From NCBI GenBank assembly GCA_964036045.1, contig OZ038378.1:179924001-179988000 (forward strand): 64,000 nucleotides of DNA, read 5' to 3'. This document shows positions 46,989-58,980 of the stretch, one piece after another (within the stretch, counting starts at the first letter, position 1; each line of letters begins with the position of its first letter). The position numbers and the translations under genes were made by a program. The notes under the pieces were generated by a model. That model ran no database searches and had not been told where the DNA came from. It saw only the letters and a list, made by a program, of their open reading frames with translations. The stretch is from Eutreptiella sp. 'Long Island Sound 2002'. Taxonomy: Eukaryota > Protista > Euglenida.

Positions 46989-48652
46989 TCTTCCAGGAAG
47001 GCCTCCAATGCGGGACCTCCAGCGCGATGCCGACAGGGGTCAAGCGAATGCCGGGCATACGTGGCCCTGAGCACTTCGGGCGGGGGAAGGACAAAGACGG
47101 TGGGGGCGGGGGGTTACATGCGATGTGAGATCACTTCGCATGCAGCCCAGTTCCGCCGAAATGGTACTGTAAGGTTGTGCAGCCTTCTGGTGCCCACGCA
47201 GTTCTCGTCATAGCCAGAGTGCCCACCAAGATCCCGCCGACCATTGCCCTTGTGGACTCTGAGGTTCCCACCGAAGTTTTGCGGCACCGGGAGGTGCAAT
47301 CGCGTGCGGAACTGCCAGGCCTGGAGTGGCTTGGCGTTGCGATTGGCAACCTCAGGAGATCTCCATCACCCTGCAGCTGGAGCGACGGGCAAGAGCAGCC
47401 AAACCACGATTCGCTGTGGGAAATTTCGCAGCCACGTGCTGTCCCTGCCTTTGGAGGGTCTAGACTCTGTTACAAGTGCCCGTAGGCGCGTGGATTGCAC
47501 TGTCAGTGCCCAGGATAACCCACACAACAGGGCACGCCACATGATGCCGCCGTACCCCGCGTACAAGTGCTGGGTGGGCTTGGCAGAGGCAGCCGCACAA
47601 CAAATGATGTCGCGACATTGCGACGGGGGGGTGTTTCGGTGCGTGAGGGTTGTGCGCACCCAATTCAAGTGCGAAATTCCCCACCACGACAAACCTTTTG
47701 CACCCCCCCCCCCCCCCCCTCCCTTGTCTGTCCACAAAGGGCAGTCATTTGTGGGCGCTCGTCGCCTGTCAGCATCACGACACGGCCCTGTGCTGTGCGA
47801 CATGACCCTTTGCCGTGCGACAGGAGGCTGCGACGGGGCGGTGGGTGGGTTGGGGTTGGGGGGTGCGATCCATGTTCTGGCCGTTTGTTTGCTAAAGGTC
47901 TTGCTTTACTAATGACGCTGAGCCGAAGAGGGACAGGGGCGTTTGGGGCGCCGAGACCGCAGCACTTTTGGAGGGGGTAATGAAACATCGGACACTTGGA
48001 AACGGCGGAAATGTGTGAAATGTATTTTTGCAATGTTTCGCATGTATTTCATCATCGGCCAACAGCACAGCCCACCCTCCACCCCCTCCCGCCCCGCGGC
48101 CAGTGCTGGGTTCTTGTGGCGACCACCGTCATGCGGAACATCCGCGTCCGGATGGTCTTCCCCCGGTCGCACTTGCCACTCAGCATTGGGCGTGTGGCCG
48201 GGAGGGGGGGCGGAGGGGGTGCTTGCTGGCAGTGGGTTGGCGTCTCCCGGCAGTGCCACTGCCCCTTCCCGATTCCCCCACCCCCCACTCCCGGGCACGG
48301 GGCTGGCACCACGGGGCTCTACCCCCACACCGACCACACCGTCCTCTACCGCACTTTTCCCGTGCCACCTCCTCTTCCCTTGTCAAATCATGTCCCCCGC
48401 TCTTGCCCATGGCGCGTACGGACTGGCACACAGGGGCGGGGGCACTCCCTGAGCGCCCGACTCTCCTCTGATAGGCTGCAGAAGGGCATGAGTCCCACGT
48501 CTGAGGACCACTCGCTGATGTGCTACCACGCGACTGGGTGTGTCTCCAACCATGAGTCAAAGCCCGGCTGCGAACTCTTGACCACGGGTCTTTCAGGGTG
48601 TTCTGGCCGCGGAACCTTCAAACCTTGGGATTCGAACCCGCGACCATGGGTA

Positions 48653-48751
48653 ACCCCCCCCCCCATGTCCAATGAATGCCTTGTCCAACGAACACTCCTG
48701 TTAGGACCGCAATTTTTGAGGATTTATTGTTCGCTGGACAAGGGAGGGGGG
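48653..48751 (+). mobile_element. ~100-bp family B MITE flanked by TA, inserted next to a reverse-strand B-box-like sequence
   Basis: TA-(a)C-run-atgtccaatgaa...ttcgctggacaag-G-run-TA. gggattcgaacccgcgacc at about 48627-48645 is the reverse complement of a tRNA T-arm. Confidence 0.7.
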
Positions 48752-51739
48752 TATGGGAATCTCCCATTCTTCAACGCGCCAAGGGGCCCATGGGCTGCGA
48801 CTCCATTGGGCACGGAGGAGCGAAGGGTATCCCCCCCCAACTCCGACACGGACTACAGACGAGGGCAGACAGCAGGATGGGCCAACTGGAGGATCAGACC
48901 GCAGTGTGGGTCAGCCTCCGCTCCCCCTGGTACAAGTCTCCCGCAAGACGCCTCTCCCCTGTCGCAGGGCCCCCTCCCATTACCAAAGTCACCAGCCGCC
49001 CCCTTCCCTTTGGCTCAGGCTCCGGCGTTCACAGGCCCTCAGCACAGAGATGTCGGGGACCGCATGACCTCTGGCACAGGGGGCGCACTGCACTCGCGAC
49101 ACCACCCGCAAAATGTCTGGAAATGCGGCGCACCACCAATGTGGCCCAGGCCCTGCGTTGCACCGACCACATCAGATAATTGTGGTGGAGAGCACCCCTG
49201 CAAGCGCCACGGTCTGGGAATGATGGAGTACGGAGTCTGTCAGGGCTGGCACGGGAGTGGAGGCCACGGGGGTTGGTATGCTGCAATATTGAGCAGTGAG
49301 ACGGAAATTCTATTGCCTTCGGTAAGTCCACCTCATAGAGAATCTACCCCAAGCAACGCACACCCAAAATAGGGTAAAAACTACATAAATACGGGGTGAA
49401 ACATGCTTTACTAATCTTGGATGGTCATTTTAGGTGATCGCACCATGATCGGACCTTGAAGGGCTTCACTTCCCTCATAGCACGCCCGGATCCACCCGAC
49501 ACAATGCGCAGTGGGGCACTGAAGCAGCACGACACGATATCGGGGGATGGATCCAGTAAAAGGGGCGCCGCAGTTCATCTGAGAAACATTCCCGAAAAAA
49601 TGATGCCGACATTCAGTGGAAGTTACCCCACCAAACACGGGCTTGTCCAAACATGGCGACCCTGTGGCGATTCCACACTTTTGGATCTTTTTTGGAACCT
49701 GCAACATGTATTCTGTGGTAGGTGCCGCGCCATAACACGGGCTTGTCCAAACTCGGCAACCCCATGTTTCCCCACTTTTGCCCCCTGAACCAGAACCTGG
49801 CCCATGTTAGGATAAGGAGGGGGGGGTCGCAAATGCTAAAATTGTGAAAGAATGGCCCAACCGGGGCTGTCTCCTCTGTGGAGGCCCCTGGATTCTGAGG
49901 TGACGGGCCATTCCCCCCCCTTCCCCAGCCCTAGGAACGGCCCCTCCAGCTCATTTGGGGGGGGCAGTCTTTGGGGCCCGTGGGAGGGATTCCTCTGAGG
50001 ACAACCATTCTCCTACCACCCAGTCTCCCACAGGCTAAAGGCATCCTGACAATCCTCATTGCCAAGGCCGATTTGGACCCTTCTTCCACCAGCACACTGT
50101 CAGATCATTAGCCTGGCCACCAGATGCAGGCACCATCAAGTGCAAGAATATCCGTCTGAGCATCTTGCAGGGTCAAGGGTCAGCTTTGGAAAAAAGCGTA
50201 TTTATGGTCCAGTGTCGACCTGATTTCAAGACAGAGGCCATGACACATGGGTTGACAAATAGCAGCTGTGCGTTGATAACCTGGTTCCCCCGGATATGAA
50301 GCAGTTCTGCCTGTGGGCTTGCAACCCCAGGGCTCACATCCCATCATTCTTTCCGCCATGATGTTGGCTGGTTGACCTGTCTCTAATTTTCATGATGCAT
50401 GTCTGGACTCCTTCTCCTGCATTTGCGTTGAATTCCAGTCTGAATTCCAGTCGCCGTTTGCGGGCACCCCCAGCGTTGTGGCGCTGTCTCTTCTTCTGCC
50501 CCCCTTTTTTTTTTCTGCCATGCAATTTTTGCTGTTTTTAGAACCCGCCTTCAACAACCAGTTGCCACGCCACTGGGCAAAGGCCATCTTCTGGATGGAG
50601 CTGAGACATATCTATCAACATGACCCTTGCCCATCCCGCTTGTGCGCTGCCTGGGTAGTCTTGCCGGGCCACAAAGTGTGCCGCCGCTCCTGACCGCACG
50701 ATCCAGTGATTTTTGTGCCAGGCCTCGTGTCGCATTGTTAGGCAAATGATGTTTTTTTGCCTACGCCATTTTCTCTTATTTCTCGGCCAGGTTTTATGGC
50801 CATGGCCGCTCTACAACCCCCTTTGCCTATCTTCTTCTGAACATTTCCACCCTCGACGCGGGGCAGGTACGTTGCCTCGAAACATCACCCGCTATAAGAC
50901 GTACTTGCTTTGGACTTTACCGTCTGCTGCTCTAGTCAGCTCAGCTGCTTTAGTCAGCGAGCCCTGAAGAAGCCTGAAGTGGTAATCTTGGCTGCCGTGA
51001 CTCTCATCCACTGCTTGCAGTCATTCCAATAAACGGAGACGGACCCAAATATCACCTTACACAGCCCCCCGCCCCCCCTCCCCGCCCCCCCAAAAAGCAC
51101 GTTCTACGGCCCAATATGTATCCCCAAAAAACAGAACTATAAAAATGCGTGTTTTTCACCACACAACCCACCGTGCACGGTAGCACGTGCTAACCATTAA
51201 AGCAACTGCTTTCAAATCATTTTTTCAGGAGTATAAATGTACCAAATTCTGAAAGTAGGCAAAATTCGCATACTTTGCCGTGAGTAGGCGAAAATTGCTG
51301 ACGTCGCCATTCCATTGAGTGGTACAGAAGGTAATACGCAAAAATTCACATAATCTCAATTACAATGGTGAATTTATTCAGACCATGCTGGCATGCGTTT
51401 CTTGATATGCTGTTGCATATGTTACACAGGAATTGCCTGTTCGCTTTGCAGCTCATACAGTGCTTGTATTTCGTGTGATCTAGTTTGAACCCTTTGGTTC
51501 ACACAGATGATGGTTTGTTCGTCATTGGGCGAATTTTTGCCTCGCCCGTTATGCAAATTTCGACTATCTGGTTGCTTGATGAAAGCCATTAATAGCATCA
51601 ATGAGCAATGGTATGAAATAGTTGGGAAGGTGTAGTGCATAGAAACGTGCACAACAGACACTTGAATTTTGAGTGAGGGAACCTCAAACTAAGGCTAGGA
51701 ACGTTTGTTGGAATGCTAGGCTGGTTATTTGCTGCCAAA

Positions 51740-52920
51740 AATTTCCTACTTGGTGCCAACTCATGTCCATGGGATGCATCCCCCACCCTTGGACACCACT
51801 GTGTGTCCTACTTGGTGCCAATTCATGTCCATGGGATGTATTCCCCACCCTTTGCTCACCCTGCATGTCCTACCTCACAGGCTTCCATGTTTATGGGCTT
51901 TTTACCCCCCTTTGGGAATGCCATGCACGCAGTGCACACACAATGCGAAGTTTTGGATGTTGGTTTCACAATTTTTTGGTTCCGTACCAAGGTTTTTTTT
52001 AGGTTCCTAAGCATTTAGGATGTGGCATATTTGAATTGTCAACCATTTTTGCCCATTTTCAACCATTTCCCCCCATTTCCTCCCCCGCATGGGCGTTAGC
52101 GCACGGGGTGAACTGGACTCTTAAACAGACAGCATGCGAGAACATCCTGGTAAGGTGGATCCGCAAAGACACATTGCAACTTCACGACTTTGTTTGGGAG
52201 GTCTCCTTGATTGTTCCAACCCCAGGCGGATGGAGGTCAGTTTCCGTTTCCGCCAACCAGGCCAGGAGGTATCACCACATTTGGTTTTCGGGAATGCCCG
52301 GTATCCTGCGCTGTTTCGAACAAATACGTGTGTGCATCTTGCATGCCCTTGCATAGTTGTATTTTAAAAGGCTGAGTGGCTTGTTCATAACGACAGTTGA
52401 TTACTAAGTTGAAGGCAGTTTTGTTGTTCTCATGTGGGCTTTGCTGCTTCGCCGTGCTACTAGACAGGTGACAAGTATTCTTGGGTGAGTATCCCAGCCT
52501 CTGCGTGCGCAGTATGCACGCAGTGCACACGCAGTGCGCAGTGCAAGAACTTGGCCTTGGCCATGCCTGTGTGTCCTACTTTGTGCCAATGCATGCTTGT
52601 GGGCTATATCCCCCAAGCCTTTGTTGACCCCTTTGTGTGCCACCTAACACCAATTCATGTTCCTAGGATGTATCCCCTACCCTTTTTGTCAAAAGTGCAA
52701 CGGGTTATTGGTCCAGATTTGTCGACCTAGAGAGGTGTCACGTACTAATAGCCCCAACCCAAAACATAAATCGGCGCCTAGTAGGACACACGAGGGTGGC
52801 CAAAGGGTGCTGGGTACAGCCCGTAAACATGGATTAGCGCATGTTACCACAGGGTAACATAAGGGTGGGGAATACATCCCATTGACATGAATTGGCGCCA
52901 AGTAGCATACATAGGGGGCA
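51740..52920. repeat. ~55-60-bp satellite-like units (catgaattggtgccaagtaggacacac family) in both orientations
   Basis: Reverse copies at about 51745-51850 and 52560-52680, forward copy at about 52860-52920. Confidence 0.65.
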
Positions 52921-53096
52921 TATTGTGCGCTGTGCACGCCGTGTGCCCAAAGGTTGTACAAGACCATACCCAAACTGCATAGTAGTGCCTAGTATCAATA
53001 ACAATGAGCCTTGTTGTGTATATGACCTGCCTACATACCTAGCCCTCATTTCTAGTGCATTTGTGTGTGTTGTTGTGCATGTTACTCAAAAATGGT

Positions 53097-55636
53097 CCCC
53101 CCCCCTTGTATAAGCTACGCCCTTGTCCAAGCTACAGTAGGCGTAGGGACTGTAATAATTGTGTACGTAATTGTTATTGCGTACGGAATGTAGTGCGGCC
53201 ACATAAGACATGGGACCATTTGCAGTATTGGAGTACATGAAGGGTGGGCAGATGGTCACACACCCCTATGCCCCCCTCTCAAGAATCGAGTTCTTTATCC
53301 GGTGCCCATCTCCCTCCCCGAGCCGGACACACCGCCGATGCCTCCCACCGCTGCTGCAGTTCCTCATGAACCACAGGTGGCAGCTGAGCCGTGTCCGAAG
53401 CCCGGGCACACCACAAAGGTCCCCCCCCAGGGCTGCTGCATGGGGGCAGCTCACCATGGAGCACTTCTTTGCTCGCCCCCGCCCTGCCAGCGAGGATGAG
53501 GAGGAGGATGATGAGCCCCCCACCAAGTACCGGTGTGTGGAGGCCACTACCGCCTCCAACTCTACGGCCGTGGCTATGGACTACACCAACGTGAAGTCCA
53601 CCCGGCGCTGCACAAAGGCCGAGGTCGCGGCTGCCCCCCTTCGTTGTTTTCGAAGTGCTCACGAAAAAGTGGAGATCATCAACTACGCGAGGCAACATGG
53701 GCTGCGGCGCGCAGCCAAGAAGTATCACGTCAAGTCCCCCAAGAACATTGGAGAATGGGAGGACCAAGAGGAGGCATTGAAGAAGATGGCCCACATGATG
53801 GGCGGAAGACGCTTCACCCGGGGAAGCCCTCTCAATATCATCAAGTTGAGGGCGCCCTTCGGCAATGGCTCCTCCGGCGCCGTGGCCGCCAAATTCTGGT
53901 CACAAAGAAGATGATGATCAAGAGGGCCAAGGAGGTGAGTGCCACAATTTGTGCACTCACACCAACTCAGTTGGAGGAATGGTGGGCCTCCTTCCGCCGG
54001 AGGCGCAGAATTTCTGCACGGAGGGTGAGTTCCTACCGTCGTGTAAGTGAAGACCATGTCCTTCCGTTAACACAAAGGTATTTCTCATGCCTCCCATAGG
54101 TCCTGAATTGCGAGTTTCAGCATGTGGCTCCTTGCTGGTGCACCAGGAATGTTTTTTTTTAGTCTGATGCTGTATCACTGTAGGTATTGTGTTGTTCTAC
54201 ACCGCGCCATTCGGACAAAGAAGGTCCAATGGATGGCCAACGGCGATGAAACCCAAGTGTCGTTGGAGCCACTTTCCAGGAAGTGTTTGGATGACAAGTC
54301 CGCCCACCGCGTTGTGGTGCGCATCAACGGCCGCCTCAAGAACAACATCACCGCCTTTTTGCAGTTTGCTGTCAAATTGGAACATGGGACGGATGAAGAT
54401 AACCACCCATGTATCAAGTTGGGCCGGGTGGTAAAGTTAAAGCCGGTGTTGATTTGGAAGGGCGAAACGGAAGGGCGAAATAAAAGGGAGGTCACCGGGT
54501 TGAACCGGAAGATGCGGCGCATGGTGCAAACGGTCACCAAGAAGCGCAAGACCAACGAGGCATCCATGCTATATATTGTTAAGGAAACTTTGTGGCATGC
54601 CATTCCTTTGGGAGAGGGTGAGCAATGTGTTTTTACGGTTGATGGGGCCCCTGCCCACAGCATACACTGCATGCACTGCATGCACTGCATGCATCCGTTG
54701 CCCTTGCCTTCAAGAATGCCAATTTGTGGCTTTACATCACGGCCCCAAATTGTACTCCGTGCATTCAAGCATGTGACAAAAAATCATCCATGGGGCATTC
54801 AAATCCTCTTTGGAGGAGAACTATGCCGAGTGGGTGGAAGACAAATTGATGGGGAAAAAAAGGAAACAAGGGCCCGTCCCCGTCCCTTCCCGCGAGGAAA
54901 CCGCCACATGGGTTTTGGAGGCATTCGATGCCATCACGGAGGATGATATTAGGGCTGCGTGCCGTGCGGCTTACTTCCCCAAGGGGATGAAGTTGTCGGA
55001 GCTTGAGGATTTGAAGTATTTTGCCAATTCTGATTATGATTCAAGTTCCGATTCTGATTCTGATTCCGGGACGGACACCGATGACGATGGTCCCATTTCA
55101 GAGTCTTCCTCAAGTGATGATTCGGACGACTCCGATGATGAGCCCACTGAAGTTGTTCGGGCTAAGGCTGCCCGAGGCGTGTGGGGAATGGCCCATGTCT
55201 TCGATGGGAAGTTGTATTTTACAAGGGACCACATGCAAGGCAATTTCATTCCCAAGAATTTGAAGTTGCCCAAGCCCAAACCAACCCCTAAGCCTCAGCC
55301 AAAGGCATCTTCAAGTGGTGAGCATGTGCAACTGTTCCGCATGGTGTATGATCGCAAGAAGGGTTTCCAAGCCGAGCATTTGTAGGCTTCGCATTCTTCA
55401 TTGCTTGTGCCAACATTTGTGTAAACCTGAAATTTTCATGTTCCCAAGGCTTTCTTGTGTTTGCATACACTTGGTAATGTGGGCGGAGGTCAAGGTGCAC
55501 TCATACCATGCGCGCGCACACGTGTGTCGGTAGTTGTATTTATTGCGTGTAAGCTACGCCCTTGTCCAAGCTACAGTGGGCGTAGGGACCGTAATAATTC
55601 CGTACATGGGCGTAGCTTATACAAGGGGGGCGGGGG
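53097..55636 (+). mobile_element. Decayed pogo/Tigger-like DNA transposon, the likely master of MITE family A
   Basis: Short TIR C-run-TTGTATAAGCTACG / CGTAGCTTATACAA-G-run, followed by TA on the right. 53-bp subterminal direct repeat at 53108 and 55547. Internal DDD transposase. Confidence 0.85.
53457..55385 (+). pseudogene. pogo-like transposase: HTH plus CENP-B-type HTH, DDD core, acidic tract and extra C-terminal segment
   Basis: EKVEIINYARQHGLRRAAKKY, VEGALRQWLL...EWWASFRRR, NGDETQV, VDGAPAH, PNCTPCIQACD. Frameshifts near 53815, 54670 (cactgcatg x3) and 54780. Candidate GT-AG intron at 54078-54183. Confidence 0.85.
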
Positions 55637-56159
55637 TACCCGATTCGGTGCTGTGGTGATACATTTGGGTACCCTGTTCGGGGGCCTCCACTACTCTCTG
55701 TCATTCGGACTTACATGTCCACATCAATGGAAAGGGAGCACTGGGTGCGGTCACCTTCACCGCCACCCTCTCCTAGTCCGCCCGGCCGTAGTCTCCTTGC
55801 ATCGCTAGAGGCTAAGCGGCGCGATCCCCCACCATCACGGCGGTCGAATACACCATCTACGGCGGTGTTAGAACCACGCGAGGCAAGCCGGCCGGCACGG
55901 TCCCCCTCGGCTTCGACCGCCGGTAGTCCATCTGTACTGGCGCATCGGACGTCACCTTCACGGTCGGCATCGGGATCGGGACGTTCATCAGGTTGTGCAA
56001 CATTGTGGGGGTGTAGTATGGTCCACAGAGGCAAGAATATTGCCAATGGTAGCAAAAATCCCCAAAAAAATCACCCCCCCTGTGGTGTGCGCGCCGTGCA
56101 GGCGCTGGTGAGCGCTGTGCACAAACGCCCCCATAGGGGTTTCCAAGGGACGGGAAATA

Positions 56160-56510
56160 TAGCCCATGAACATGAATTGGTGCCAAGTAGGACACACAAG
56201 GGTGACCAAGGGAGGGAGGGGGGCGCCCATAAGCATGGTTTCGTGCCGGGTAGGACGTGCAAGGGTGACCAAAGGGTGGGGGATACAGCCACTGACCATG
56301 AGTTGGTGCCTAGTAGAACACACAGGGGTGCCAAGGGGGGGCGGGGTTCATCCCATAGACATGTATTGGTGCCAGGTAGGACACACAGGGGTGGCTAAAG
56401 GGTGGGGAATAATGAACATGAATTGGCGCCAGGTAGGACACACAAGGGTGACAAGGGGAGGGGGAGATGCATCCCATGGTCGTGAATTGGCGCCACATAG
56501 GATACACATG
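56160..56510 (+). repeat. ~57-bp tandem repeat, about six units, same family as 51740-52920
   Basis: catgaattgg(t/c)gcca.gtaggacacacaagggtg recurs. Confidence 0.8.
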
Positions 56511-56809
56511 TCACACATCCGCCCAAGACAGAAGGTTGCAATTGCAAGCAAGATCCCCCCTCAACAAAGATTGATTTTGTGGTATGCCTGGTGATATGCT
56601 TTGTGACCGCGATATGCTTTGGTGTGTTCGGCTCCCAGAAAACGGAAACCCCTGCCAACGGACGCCTGGAAGGTTTGAAAATCGCCTAGAAAACAGCCCG
56701 GAAGTGTTGGTTCTGATTTTGGTCCCCAAAACGCAACCAATATTGGAGGCAATGTTCCGTGCACCTTCTAGGCAACATTCTGCAGAATGCTCGGCATCAA
56801 TGAGGGCCA

Positions 56810-57030
56810 GAACAACCAAAAATTGTGTGTGCGCATATGTGCCCAGGGCCAGAAAACGTAAAAAAATGGGGTCGGCACACATGTGCCTTGGGCCAGAACA
56901 CCAATAAATGGGGCCGGCACAAATGTGGTTGACACCCAAAAACTTTAAAATCGGGTTGGCACATATGGGTCTGGGGCCAGAACACTGAAAAATGGGGTCG
57001 GCACATATGTGCCAAGGGCAAGAGCAATTC
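56810..57030 (+). repeat. ~40-50-bp tandem repeat
   Basis: gggccagaac...aaaatggggtcggcaca.atgtg recurs about five times. Confidence 0.75.
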
Positions 57031-57189
57031 AAAATGAGGTCAAGTCATCTCAGCAATGGTCATCTCAGAAACAGCTGTTGTGGGTTGATAATTTCAACGA
57101 TTGTCCTTCACGTCTGAGTACTCATTAATTTCAGTCAAATGTTCGACTATGGTCTCAGAGTGGCATCCTCAAAACTGTATGACTATGCA

Positions 57190-57960
57190 CTTAAGCTGTA
57201 CCCAATACCATGGCATGTGGAGATGTGGAGAGGAGCAGATGGTTGCGCAGTTTTGAGGGCTCCAATGCGACAAAGTATATGGAAATTGCGACCGAAGTGG
57301 ACTATCTGTGACTTGTAATTGCTCTAGGCAATTACCCCAAGCAATTGTGAAGTGTGGATAGTTTGTTCAAGTCGAAATTTGAAGCTGTTTGGGCACATTG
57401 GAGCTGCCAAAAGTGCTTGACTATCCGCCCCTCTTCTCTTGTCCTGGGTCCTATGCTATGGCCTATGGAGAGGGGTGGATAGTGGTACAGCTTTGAGGGC
57501 TCCAATGCGATGAAATAGTTTCAAATTTCAAACGAAATCAACGGTCTCCAAGAGGCAATGTGGTGCGCCAAGCAATTCTGAAGTGTGGACAGTTTGTTCA
57601 CATCAAAATTTGAAGCTGTTTCATGCACATTGCAGCGACCAAAAGTGCTTGCCGCCACTCTTCTCTTGTGTTGGGCCCGATTTTATGGCCTGTGGAGAGG
57701 GTTGGATAGTCGTACAGTTTTGAGGGCTCCAATGCAATAAGGTAGTTTCAAAATTCGAACGCAGTGGACTGTCTGTGACGTACAATTGCTCCACGCAATG
57801 CATTGCTCCAAGCAAGCTTGTGAAACGTGGACAGTTTGTTCACGTCAAAGTTTGAAGCTGTTTTGGCACATTGGAGCTGCCAAAAGCGCTCGATTATCCG
57901 CCCCTCTTCTCTTGAGCTGGGCTCCACAATGTGTCCTTTGGAGAGGGATGGATAGTCATA
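57190..57960 (+). repeat. ~235-bp tandem repeat, about three units
   Basis: tttgagggctccaatgc at about 57251, 57493 and 57719. tttgaagctgttt...cacattg...ccaaaag at about 57378, 57610 and 57851. Confidence 0.8.
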
Positions 57961-58952
57961 CGGTTTTTAGGCCACCACTGTGGCACAATAGCATCCTCTT
58001 TAGGCCTAAAGGAGTTGTCATCAACTCACAATTGCTTGGGGCATTGCTCCGCCCCAAGCTGTTGTGAGTCATGGATACATGATTCAGCTCCAAATTTGAA
58101 GCTTCTATAGGACAAATTGATTTCCATTTTCAACCCAAATGAACTGTCCACGAATTACTATTGCTTTGGCCAATGTTTTGCCACACACAATGGTGGATGG
58201 GTGGTTTTATGACAGTTATTCTGAGTTGAACAATGGAAGTGCTGTTTGACACTTGTGGCCTCAGAAGTGGTTGACCCTCCGACCCTCTGTTCACGTCTAT
58301 TCACGTCTATTCACATCTGTACATAAGAACGGTGAGTCCAAGACGCAGGCGGAAGCACCGGGACAGTCACCAAGCAAAAGCCCAGACTCAGTGTTGTGGA
58401 ACTTGCTGACGAACAATGTCTGGAAGTGCAGGGACATCCAGTTTAGCTTGCCAACCATTTGATGCCCCTTCCCCAACCGAACCTAGCTAATTCTCTGATT
58501 AATCTGACCGAACAAGGGAGGGCTGATAAGCTAATTAGCACCTGCAGACAGTAAATGGCCATACGGCATTGAGATCAACAGCAGGCACGTGCACATTTGA
58601 GCGCCGGAAGTGCATTTAGGGAGACAGCCAGAGTGCATGTGGTTGAACTTGTGTGTTGCTGTGAATGATCCCCCCCCCCCGCCCGTCAGATTGCCTGTTG
58701 TTGAATGGCGATTTGTGCAGTAACACATTAGACAATCAGTGGGTGCCCTCCTCCTACCCCTTTGCCCAATTGAAACTCAATTTTATTCCTGTGTACCCCT
58801 TGGTTAGCTCTTTGCAGGGCATTGCCTCTGTCCCATGTTGCGACCCATCAATCTGTGCAGTGCATCACCAGGGTGTGCGAATTCCATTCAGGCTTGTCAT
58901 GAAGTTATTCAACACAATATTGCACTATCTCTGGCATTCTCTCTTGGTGCAG

Positions 58953-58973
58953 CTTTCTGAGTGGACATTTTCG
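58953..58973 (+). other. Euglenid spliced-leader-like relic between a polypyrimidine-CAG acceptor and the ATG
   Basis: ctctcttggtgcag|CTTTCTGAGTGGACATTTTCG-gagattt-ATG, compared with the Euglena SL ACTTTCTGAGTGTCTATTTTTTTTCG recalled from the literature. The 11-nt 5' core and the TTTTCG end match. Confidence 0.65.
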
Positions 58974-58980
58974 GAGATTT

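Noticed and set aside
47996-49372. 458-aa ORF as a real gene
   Set aside because: It reads through a MITE, a B-box-like relic and homopolymer runs, and has no domain motif. Probably a chance GC-rich frame.
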